NCBI GenBank assembly: GCA_036785375.1
Contig: JAWMAR010000024.1
Location: 5,518,001-5,582,000 of the forward strand
Origin: Leucoraja ocellata
Lineage: Eukaryota
Length of the DNA stretch: 64,000 nt
Direction of reading: 5' to 3'
Part shown: piece after piece, positions 53,700 through 64,000 of the stretch
Layout of the letters: every line of letters starts with the position of its first letter
Position numbering within the stretch: position 1 is the first letter of the stretch
Program-made: the position numbers and the translations under genes
Notes under the pieces: generated by a model
Database searches by the model: none
What the model was told of the DNA's origin: nothing
Seen by the model: only the letters and a program-made list of their open reading frames with translations

Positions 53700-54690
53700 A
53701 GTCTTATGATATAATTGACTAAATTCATACATTTGCAGAGAACACAAAGATTGGTGGTGTTGTGGACAGTGGAAAAGCAGGATGTAGATTGGTTACAGAT
53801 ATGGCCGAAGAAATGACAGATGGAGTTCAATTGTGAGGTGTTGCATTTTGGGACGTCTAGTGTAAGGGGAACGTATAGTTAATGGTAGGATCCTTGACAG
53901 CATTGGGGTACAGAGTGATTGTGGGCTCCAAGTCCACAGCTCTCTAAAACTAGCAACACGAGTGGATAGAGTGGTAAAGAAAGCATATGGTATGCTTACA
54001 TTCAGGGTATTGAGTATAAGAATCAGTCAGTCATATTGCATCTATGCAAAACTTTGGTTAGGCCACATTTGGAGTATTGTGTACAGGAATAATGTGGAGA
54101 GTTTCGGGAGGGTGCAGAAAAGGCTTATCAGGATGCTGCCTGGATTAGAGAGTATTAGCTATAATGATAGGTTGGACAAACTTGTTTTCTTTGGAGTGTT
54201 AGATGTTGAGTGGGAGACCCGATGAAAGTTTGTGAAATTACGGGAGGCATAGAAAGGGTAGACAGTCAGAAGATCAGTCAGACACAAAAAGCTGGTGTAG
54301 CTCAGCGGGACAGGCAGCATCTCTGGAGAGAAGGAAAGGGTGATGTTTCAGGTCGAGACCCTTCTTCAGTCAGAGCCTTTTTATCTGGCTGGAAATGTCA
54401 AATACTATAGGGCATAGCTTTTAGGAGAGAGGGAGGAAATTTTGAAGATGTGTGGGGCAAGGTTTTTTTCCACAAAAAGGGGTGGCAGGTGCCTGGAACA
54501 CACTGCCAAGAATGATGGTGGAAGTAGATACGATCTTGGCGTTAAAGAGTCTTTTAGATAAACACATGAATGTGCAGGGAATGGTGACATATGGATCATG
54601 TGCAAGCAGAAGGAAATTACTTTTCACATTATGTTCGGTACAGACATCATGGTCCAAAGATCCTATCCCTGTGCTGTTCTGTTCTGTGTT
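53700..54690 (+). mobile_element. CR1/HER1-like LINE 3' part
   Basis: DRVVKKAYGML, RVQKRLIRMLPGLE, GVAGAWNTLP; tail gtgctgttctgttct. Confidence 0.9.
54280..54370 (-). mobile_element. Short Penelope-terminus-derived element nested in a CR1
   Basis: Reverse copy ending gtcgagacccttcttcag; cagtcaga repeated on both sides. Confidence 0.85.
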
Positions 54691-54719
54691 CTTTGTAAAA
54701 AGTACTGATAATCTATTCA

Positions 54720-56272
54720 CCAGACTGGGTGATCAAGCCTGCCGACAAGGGAGGTGCCGTGGTAGTCTGGCGCGGTGATCTCTACAAGGCTGAGGCCACT
54801 CGCCAACTCTCAGACACCTCCTCCTACTTATCCTTGGACCATGATCCCACAGATGAGCGCCAGGCCACTATCTCTAGCACTATGATGGACTAAATCACTT
54901 CCGGCAACCTGCCCTCCCAAGCCTCCAACCTCAATGTTCCCCACCCCCGCACAAGGCGTACCAGGGCCTTATCCCCAAACTCTACCTCCGCTACATCGAC
55001 GACTGCATTGGTGCTACCTCCTGCACCCACACACAACTCACTGACTTCATCCATTTCACCACTAACTTCCATCCGACACTCAAATACACCTGGACCATTT
55101 CCGACATTTCCCTACCATTTCTAGTCCTCACTATCTCCATCGCAGGGGATAGACTACTGACCGACATTCACTATAAACCCACTGACTCCCATGGGTATCT
55201 GGACTACAGTTCTTCCCATCCTGCTTCCTGTAAGGACTCCATCCCCTACTCCCAATTCTTCCGTCTATACTGCATCTGCACACAGGATGAGGTGTTCCAC
55301 ACCAGGGCATCGGAGATGTCCTCAATCTTCAGGGAACCGGGGTTCCCCTCTTCTACTATAGATGAGGCTCTCACCAGGGTCTCTTCTATACCCCGTAACT
55401 CTGCTCTCACTCCCCATCCCCCCCACTCGTAACAAGGGCAGAGTCCCCCTTGTCATTACCTTCCACCCTACCAGCCGTCACATACAACAAATAATCCTCC
55501 GACATTTTCGCCACCTCCAATGGGATCCCACCACTGGCCACATCTTCCCATCTCCTCCCGTCTGCTTTCCGCAGAGACCGCTCCCTCCGTAAATCCCTGG
55601 TCAGTTCGTCCCTTCCCACCCATACCACCCCCTCTCGCGGCATTTTCCCTTGCAACCGCAGGAAATGCTACACTTGTTGCTTTACCTCCCCCCTTCACTC
55701 CATTCAAGGACCCAAGCAGTCTTTCCAGGTGCAGCAGAGGTTCACCTGCACCTCCTCCAACCTCATTTATTGCATCCGCTGCTCTAGGTGTCTGCTGCTC
55801 TACATCGGTGAGACCAAGCGTAAGCTTAGCGAACGCTTCGCCCAACACCTCTGCTCAGTTCGCATTAATCTACCTGATTTCCCGGTGGCTCAGCACTTTA
55901 ACTCCCCCTCCCATTCCGAATCCGACCTTATTGTCCTGGGCCTCCTCCATGGCCAGAGTGAGGACCACCGTAAATTGGAGGAGCCGCACCTCATATTTCG
56001 CTTGAGCAGTTTACACCCCAGCGGCATGAACATTAACTTATCTAATTTCAGGTAGTCCCTGCTTTCTCCTCCCCTTCTCAGCTCTCCCTCAGCCCACTGT
56101 CTCCGCCTCTTCCTTTCTTCTTCCCGCCCCAACCTTACATCAGTCTGAAGAAGGGTCTCAACCCAAAACGTTGCCTGTTTCCTTCGCTCCATAGATGCTG
56201 CCTAACCCGCTGAGTTTCTCCAGTGTTTTTGTCTACCTTCGATTTTCCAGCAACTGCAGTTCCTTCTTAAAC
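54720..56272 (+). mobile_element. Penelope-like retroelement, 5'-truncated with internal deletion (RT + GIY-YIG endonuclease + terminal repeat)
   Basis: IKPADKGGAVVVW, YLRYIDDCIG, HYKPTDSHGYLDYSSSHP, NLIYCIRCSRCLLLYIGETKR (ORF 55729..56055); imperfect 13-bp TSD gataatc(ta/ga)(t/c)tca at 54707-54719 and 56273-56285. Confidence 0.93.
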
Positions 56273-57078
56273 GATAATCGACTCAGTATACTTCACAAAG
56301 ATAAAATGTAATTTATGAATTGTTTTGAGTAAAATTGCAATAGTATACAATTTGTCTTTTGGAAATTATTCACCATGAGCTCTGCTTCTAGGAATTTTGG
56401 TTGCACAGGCCCTGCATCCAGCTTGCATTAAGTTTGTTTGACAATTCATGTAAGTGGCCATAGGTAAAAGAAATAGATCAATGTACAGAAGAACTCAGCA
56501 TCTTTTGATGTTTGACTAGGTTGAAGAAGCCCTACAAATTCAGGTTATTGCTACATTACTTCCACAATTGCGGAGCACAACATACACTTTCAAAATTGTG
56601 CAATGACAATATAGATTAAAGATTCTGGTTTTGCACTGCATCATCTTCATCCTCATTTCAGTTTAGAGTCTGTATAATAGCGGTAACAGAATAATTTGAA
56701 TACCGTGAAAACTAATGAACAAACATCTTTTGGGAAAAATGCACTCTGAGGCAGCTCCTGGCAGTCAGCCAATTTGCAGAAGATTTAACCTTAAAGGCTC
56801 CTAATAAATAGAGGCGATAAATGAAGAGGCAGGTTACAGTGGTTATTAGATGAAACACAAATCAACAAGCAAATTAAGGACAGTGAATGAGTGTTGTGGA
56901 GCATGCTAATCAAGTTGTACACTGCAAAGTGGACTGGTGAAACATTGTAGTGGTGACTCAATTGTTATCTATTTCAACTATGCTTGCTCCTCTCCTCCCA
57001 ATCCCTTTCTTCAATGAGTTGGATGACCTCAGGATGAATTGGGCAAAAAAAAGCTCAACTGCCACTGTCAAGTGGTAG

Positions 57079-57227
57079 AAAGAACTGTAGATGCTTGTTT
57101 ACACCGAAGATAGACACAAAATGTTGGAGTAACTCAACGGTCAGGCAGCATCTCTGGAGAAAAGGAATAGGTGACGTTTCGGGTTGAGATCCTTCATCAG
57201 ATTACTCCAGCATTTTACTTCTATACT
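57079..57227 (-). mobile_element. Short Penelope-terminus-derived element with intact hammerhead-like core
   Basis: Minus strand CTGATGA AGGATCTCAACCC GAAAC GTC; 16-bp TSD cactgt(c/t)aagtggtag at 57063-57078 and 57228-57243. Confidence 0.88.
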
Positions 57228-57859
57228 CACTGTTAAGTGGTAGCTGATGTGACTTCAGTATACAGGAAATAGATTAAAAACAAGTCACTCCCAGTAAGGA
57301 TCTTCAGAAGATCGCAGCTTCACTAGAGCAGAATTCTTTCTCAAGTTACTCCCCATTAACACTTGAAACTAGATATCATCAAATCAATTTTGCTCGCCTT
57401 CGTGACCATCCACAATTATAACGTTCCTCGACCTTTGGTATTAAGCAAATTGGTGATAGGCATAATCGTTTACTTGCTCGTCCAGTCACACAAGGTAAGA
57501 AGCAATTCTTAAGACTGGCAGAAGAGAGCACAGGTAATTTGTTACAAAGTTACATTTCACATTAAAACTACCAGCTCTTGTAACAACATTCCCTTTAATT
57601 AAAAATACATTAACATTGTTATGGATTCCAAATTTAAAGCAAACTCCGTTTAGTCCTATAAACTCTATCAAAGCTATAAATAGAAAACAATAGAAAAGTA
57701 ATATGAAAAATCTGGCCCATATACCCAGAGTATCGACAACAGATTACTTACTATACAATAAAAACCTTTTACAAGTACAAAGACATATTTGAATGCAATT
57801 GTGTTAAAGCAATAACATGATCATGAAACAACTATATCTGCTGCACTTAATATCAATTT

Positions 57860-58040
57860 AGAGATTTAGATTTTAGACATTAGGTGCAGGAGTAGGCAAT
57901 TCAGCCCTTCGAGCCAGCACTGCCATTCAATGCGATCATGGCTGATCATCCCAAATCAGTACCCCGTTCCTGCCATCTCCCCATATCCCCTGACTCCGTT
58001 ATCTTTAAGAGCCCTATCTAGCTCTCTCTTGAAAGTATCA
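57860..58040 (-). mobile_element. CR1-like LINE 3' tail
   Basis: taggtgcaggagtaggc...tgatcatccc, same family as 29983-30352. Confidence 0.85.
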
Positions 58041-58143
58041 AGAAAAGCATCTTGAAAGTATCAACTCTCTTGAAAATTTTGGGCAACATAATAACATAAT
58101 GGGCAACATAAAGCTCTCACCAGAGCTCAAGTGAGGCACCTAC

Positions 58144-58286
58144 CTAAATTCAGCAGCTGCTAAATCCAGGGGAACTTCATCAGGTCGGAAAAAGCTGTGG
58201 CAGTTGACTGAGTGCTGAAGTTCGGGACTCATTGTTTTAGAAACATCGTAATAATGGCCAAATCTTGAGGAGGATGTCAAAGCTGT
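58144..58286 (-). CDS. ELP4: ELP4 coding exon 5, 143 nt, phase 0-2
   Basis: TALTSSSRFGHYYDVSKTMSPELQHSVNCHSFFRPDEVPLDLAAAEF; SSRFGHYYD is an ELP4 motif; acceptor ctcttcacttgacAG, donor GTAGGT. Confidence 0.96.
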
Positions 58287-58794
58287 CTGTCAAGTGAAGA
58301 GCAACACTTTAGAAGTCATGTGGAAATCATTCAAAATGTAGTTAATTGAATGTGAGGGAAATATCATGATGGAATATTTAGAAGCACATTTTTAGCTTGC
58401 CATTGTATAAATGCTAATACTCCATTATGTTGAATATTGGTTTCACAATATCAGAACCACAAAAAAACTAATAATCATTATAGTAATCATGGCAATGTAG
58501 AACAGTTACTGGTTTTACTTGAGATTGCTTTGCATTGGGTTGAGACCAGAAATGGTGATATTCTGGGTGGAATTAGCAGAACTCTGTCTGCCAGAGCAGA
58601 AAATGCAAATTATGTCACTGAACTGAGGATTGTTAAACACAACTGCCAAACACGATGGGTGTAATTTTAGAAGATGTCATTCTTGCCTGAAAGAGAATAC
58701 TGTGGGTTCACAGCCTGCTCCATAGATATACGGTAAGCAAAAAAATCTGGATTAAACTGGCCAAGAAAAGATTTTCTAAATTAGAAATGAAAGG

Positions 58795-59050
58795 AAGCTG
58801 GTCTGCCCCTTCAGGTGAATGAAAAATATTCTGCAGCACTATTCGGAATGAATTCAGAGAGTTTGAACGATTTAGATAGCCAATCCTCACCTGACGTAAG
58901 TTTATGGCACCTCCTGGTGCACCAATTAACTCTCACCTTTCCGACAGTATTTCATGATTACACCACAGAAACAACTTCATTGGCTGCAAAGCAATCTTGG
59001 AAATGTTATAAGGTTGTGAAATATGCAATATAAATGTAAGAGCTTCCTTG
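58795..59050 (+). mobile_element. DeuSINE (SacSINE1/AmnSINE1-like) relic
   Basis: gtctgccccttcaggtg...gcactattcg and acttcattggctgcaaagc...ggttgtgaaa...atataaatgtaag resemble the recalled Deu-domain and tail consensus. Confidence 0.6.
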
Positions 59051-62000
59051 AATCCAGTTCACCCATTCGCAGAAGTGTGGGCAGAGATGAGACACAATCC
59101 CGTGTAGGTGAATAAACTAGTGGAACTTGCTGTCCTGCATCTCAAATGCAACAAAACAAGATGGGTTACGGATGTGACTCGGCCCTGAGCATTAAGAGAG
59201 CTTCTTAAAGCAACTGGCATAAGTCTTCAAAAATAAAATCACAAAACCTAATAGTTGGTTGTGTTGGATATTCAGAGTTTTAAGACAGAAATCGTACATT
59301 AGGCGACAAGCAATGTTTTGTATCAATTGATACGTATTGTTTTAAGTGTTTCAAGTAAAAATAATGTGAAAGAGAAATAAGTAGCTACTTTAATGGTAAT
59401 TCTACCAGTAGATTCTACTAGTAGGTTCTGAATAACATTATCTTCTGAATTCATACTTATTTCTTCACTATTGCAGTATCAATACAGAACATACATCCAT
59501 GCTTTTCACCAAGAAATGCTGTTATATACAACCCGGCAGAGTGAACATTGACTTATTGTAGTGCAAGCTCTGAAAACAAATTATATTGCAGTTGTCCTTT
59601 GGGCTGTATAATCTGGCCTTTATCTGGATTACCCATCACAATGTTTTTATTGCATTCTCTGCTAGAGCTCATCTTTTCATTGTGTACATCCTAGTCTCCT
59701 CAACATTTTAGCAAGGCCCTGACTAACTGAACCTTGATCTGATGTCTTCATTCAGGAAAGCACCAGGTAGTCTATTTCAGATGCAAATCCTCACTGAGGC
59801 CCCAGTAGTGATTTCTAAGACAGCAAAGAGAAGAAACAACATTTCCAGGACCCACTCAGAGGATCCCAGGGCACACTGATGTCCTTAATCCACAACACTA
59901 TATGGATTAAGGTGGAGGATAACTCTCTTTTTTTTAAATTCACAATAAAGAGCACTGCTTCTACAAGCTGGGTGGGGACAGAACTTACTATAATAAAACA
60001 GTATGTAATAAAAGCATGTTCTGTGTTGGAGAATTGTGAATGGGCCTCACTTTACAAATTCCCAGGCCCTGTGGGAAGCTTGCCAAGGCCTACCTGAAAT
60101 AACTAACTGCGAGTAATCGGGCTTAGTTGAATGGCTACGGCAAAGCTTTTCTTTGCTTAGAAGTTGCAAGGTTGATAAATTTATTATTAAAGGCAGTACA
60201 ACTTGTGCTTGTCCCCCTCTGCTTCAGCATGGAAAGACTGGAAGAGAGGAACAGGCAGTAGCTGTCAGATAGCAGACTGCTGGCTTTCAGTCTACTGTCT
60301 GCTGCTAAATGTTTCTAATTGCAACACTAATGTGTTAGAAATCTCAGATTCAAGATGAACCTAGGCAGAAAATTGATTTCATGCTGTGACAGCTTATATA
60401 TTGCCCCAAGTACACAAACATGTCATTGAGAAGCTTTTGCATCCCACAATTCTGTTTACAGATGAATTGCAGTTACTTTAGTAACCTGAGATAAAACGAC
60501 TTTTTTGGTTTTTAAGAGCGCCTGCAGAGTAGGCTACTAGTGGACGTTTCTGCCTGCATTATGGAGCCATCTGCAAGATAACAGTACAGCGCCTTTGCAA
60601 TAAATGCCAATGAATCATTCACGTTTCAAGAGCTTATTTAAATTTTAAACCTGACATTGCTTCTGATTTGTGCAACTATCTGTAGAAATAACTGGGACTT
60701 ACAAGCGTGGGAGAACTAGCTGGTGGGCCTTAAGGGGGCTAGAGCCTGCGGTCATTTTATGTCACTAGTACGTTATCTTCACAATGATTAGATTGCTATG
60801 ACAATGAAGCTGATACATTCTCAAGTGCTTTCTTTACTCATTTAGCACATGGATAAGCAAGTCAATTGCTTGATTCAGTGCTTTCCAATTGACAGATCAT
60901 ACTACCTCTGTCAAATCTTGTTCAACCATATTTGATTCAGTAGCGGGTTTCGTGGTCTTGTGGCAGTACATGGATTTTAGATGGAATAAATACAAACTAA
61001 TATGCCTTTTACGTTTTAACCCCATGACTTGTGTCCGAAAAACCTCCATGAGGTATTTTTTTAAATACCAGGAAAAAAAGTACTTACATTTGCCAGAAAA
61101 AAATTAAAAAATGAAGACTCGCCAGTACATATCTGGCAAAACATTAGACACAATTATGTATTGAAGTAGTAAAAAGTAATATTTTTAAATGAAACAGTTA
61201 GATGTGGGCTGGGCAAAGTTTATTATGAAGTGGGACCATTTAGGTTGAAATCTTTACGTAATCTCGAGCACTGTGAAACACCAAAGATCTAGCTTCAAAG
61301 TTGAAAAATATAATGACACAATAATCTCATAAACACTGTAAAATCTAATACATATTTTTGAGGTGACATCAGGCAGTTCCACTCCATGGAAAAATGTACG
61401 GATGGTGAAGGGAAAGCATGACGTAAAATTGAGAGGCATTTCTGAGAAGCACTGAGACAAAGTCAAACACTTTTCTTTAGATTATTAAGGATCCTGTGAC
61501 AATTCAGTGTAAAAATATTTCTCTGTTAATTGTATTGAATGTTTTGAAGTGAACTTCATGTATTCAATTATTTGCAATAGCCTTGTGGAAACACCCAGCA
61601 TCCTTCGAGTTAAGATCAGAGTGCTTCAGAGGTTAATAAACCTTTAAAAAAAAATAACTTATTCACTTAAAAACTTAGATGAAACATTTTATTTTAATGT
61701 TATAACATGCTGCTATATTAATAGGTCTGAACAAAGCAGATTATTTAGTTGGTATGCTTTATTTGATAATACACCAAGAAACCAAAAGCAATTTACATTT
61801 GAATAGAGCTTGTAGAAGCAGTACTCCTCTGCTAAATATGTACCAGTAATTTCACACTGTGAAATGGACTAAAGCCAGCACAAAGCAGGGATGAAATGTG
61901 ATTTTGAAGATAAATTATGCTTGCCTTAGCCCTTCTTGCACTGTATTTTTGAACATTTTTAAAAGTTGTGTTTTATTCTCCACCAGCCCCCAGAGAATGG

Positions 62001-62689
62001 ACATATAATGGCTTTTAGTATCCTGATCTTTGACCTTGGAAGAATGCTTACGAATGTACAACCTGGTTTATTAAATCTTATTAACACAACAATGCCTTGT
62101 AAAGTGAATTTAAATTATTAATTCAAGTATGTGGAATACATTAACACAGTGTCTCATTCTGTTCCAGCCTGAAAAGGGGCCGGTTTGCTGCCACATTAAA
62201 GTTGGAAAGAAAGGCATCCACATTCACTTACTTGTCTCATGATTATTTCTAGTCGAGCTTCTCAATATGTGGAAGATGGTATTTGCCAGGGATTGTTTCC
62301 TTTCACCCGACTGATCACAGTTCTTTTTAATGGGTGGGGAGGGAGCAAAGTAGTTGAGGAAATTTGAAGATGTTGGGAGGGCTGGTTCGAAAATGTATGG
62401 AACAGCAGCAGTGGGAATGATTCTATAAGATTAACAGTTTTTCATATAGGTCATGTGGAATTGGCAGTTTTCATTATTTGTGTATAGCTCTAACATTAGC
62501 AATAACAATTCCCACATGATCTACTGACTGAGTATACAATTGAAGTAGCTTAAATCAAAAGTTTCAATAGAAAATACGAAACAATCTCTCTAAAAGTTAC
62601 CCAAAATCCACAAAGTGCTTCAGTTAAGGAAAGATGGTATTTCTCTTTAAAATTAATCAGAACAAAGAATCAATCGCAGATCATGAAAA

Positions 62690-63075
62690 GCACAAGAGAG
62701 GATGCAGGAGAGATTCCCAAAGATATTGTGAGGGTTGTAGAATTTTAGTGCAGATGAGACTGATTTATTATTTATTTCAATTGAGGTACATAAAATAAAA
62801 GGCTTTGACAGAGAAAAGAGTGAGGATCTGTGTCTATTTACTGAGATTGAAAGCTTGGGTGCACGGTGGATGGACTGGGGAGGAAAAACCACCCAAAGAA
62901 TGATAAGGGTCAGGAACCTACTGTCTGAAAGGGTGGTAGAGCTTGAAACCTTCAATTAGTTTAAAATGATGGAATTTATAACTAAATTAGTGAACAAATC
63001 AGATCTGAATAGTCAAAGTTTTTGGGTATTTTCACATGTTGGGCCTGGGGTAATGGCATATCTTTTGTGGGACGG
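62690..63075 (+). mobile_element. Old CR1-like 3' fragment
   Basis: Degenerate CR1 C-terminal pattern. Confidence 0.55.
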
Positions 63076-63079
63076 AACG

Positions 63080-63181
63080 TTGGTTTAAACTGAAGAAAGA
63101 CACAAAATGCTGGAGTAACACAGCGGGACAGGCAGCATCTCTGGCGAGAAGGAATAGGTGACAATTCGGGTCGAGACCCTT
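63080..63181 (-). mobile_element. Short Penelope-terminus-derived element
   Basis: gacacaaaatgctggagtaacacagcgggacaggcagcatctctgg...cgggtcgagaccctt. Confidence 0.85.
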
Positions 63182-63259
63182 ATCCTGTTGACTCAATTAA
63201 CAACACCTTTTGATTTCTTTCTTTCATTTGCTCATTGTTTAAAGAAATCAAAACTGTAC

Positions 63260-63409
63260 CTGTACTACTGGCAAGTTTTGGTATCGCCATGCTATTGACA
63301 TGGAATCTTGGAGTCCGACGGCAGAAGTGATATCCGCCAAATTGTCCTCTGTCTCTTTGTTAGATTCTTTAATCTCTATCACATCATCAAGCAGAGGGGC
63401 AGGAAGCTC
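63260..63409 (-). CDS. ELP4: ELP4 coding exon (exon 4 by human numbering), 150 nt, phase 0-0
   Basis: Translates ELPAPLLDDVIEIKESNKETEDNLADITSAVGLQDSMSIAWRYQNLPVVQ, matching the ELP4 ELPAPLLDD...IAWRYQ motif; acceptor ...ttttcggaattaatAG, donor GTACAG. Confidence 0.96.
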
Positions 63410-64000
63410 CTATTAATTCCGAAAATGAAAAAAGATTAAAAAAAATCACAATATTTGTTGCAAAACGCATATAAACCAAACTTATCTATATTAAATACAT
63501 TGGAAAATTCAATACAATTTCAATATCATTTGAAAATCTCCAGGGGAGGGGCAATCTTCCAAAATAAAGGTAATCTTTTTCACAACCTGAAATATGATAG
63601 AAGAACGTGAATAAAGTTGAAGAAAATCTCAATAAGGTCAGTCACAATTTAATCTCATTACTGAAAGGTCTAGGAATGTAATGTGAATTAGAAACATTCA
63701 TAAATGAAGTAATTCTAGGATTTAACATATTCACTCTTGCTTTAGTCCTCACTCTAATCTATAAATATATAAAACTAGACAGTAAACTGCATTTCCGAAT
63801 TTTGGAGAGAAAAACTTTGCATTGGTTTAATCTACTGCATTCTTCAATTTCAAAGAGTCTTAAAAAAAGTTTCCGTGCCCTGAAATTCAGTAAAACAAAA
63901 CATTGGCAACAGAAGCCATTGCCTTCAAAATAACACAATTTAACAACACCTGCAACGTTTTCAGGCAGTGTTGTCTTCATTAACCTTGATTATCCAATGC

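Noticed and set aside
54720-56272. Penelope copy as an active autonomous element
   Set aside because: 5'-truncated, with an internal RT deletion near 54955 and stops/frameshifts.
61254-61466. ORF containing FFHG, considered as ELP4 exon 5
   Set aside because: The true exon 5 (SSRFGHYYD) is at 58144-58286 with correct phase; this ORF lacks homology.

Overview
Vertebrate genomic DNA whose repeat set (HE1-type V-SINE, HER1/CR1 LINEs, Penelope, Rex1) points to a cartilaginous fish, probably a skate or ray (inference). The whole window lies inside ELP4 (Elongator subunit 4) on the minus strand. Six coding exons, numbered 4-9 by analogy to human ELP4, were read directly with canonical GT-AG sites and continuous phase. 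The first three exons and the last exon were not found in the window. In jawed vertebrates the ELP4 introns carry the PAX6 downstream regulatory region, and this window has transposon-poor, homeodomain/Meis/Pax-motif-rich intronic blocks that fit that role. Most of the rest is transposon debris plus one N gap. The most unusual items are: (1) a frameshifted SAC3D1-like exon fragment that keeps its splice donor, sits against a repeat and is in ELP4-sense orientation, suggesting DNA-level gene-fragment capture and a possible poison exon; (2) a dispersed family of about 85-150 bp Penelope-derived elements carrying a hammerhead-ribozyme-like core; (3) long palindromic MITEs and an inverted Penelope pair bracketing exons 6-9. 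Family and orthology calls rest on recalled motifs, not database searches, and repeat boundaries without TSDs are approximate.
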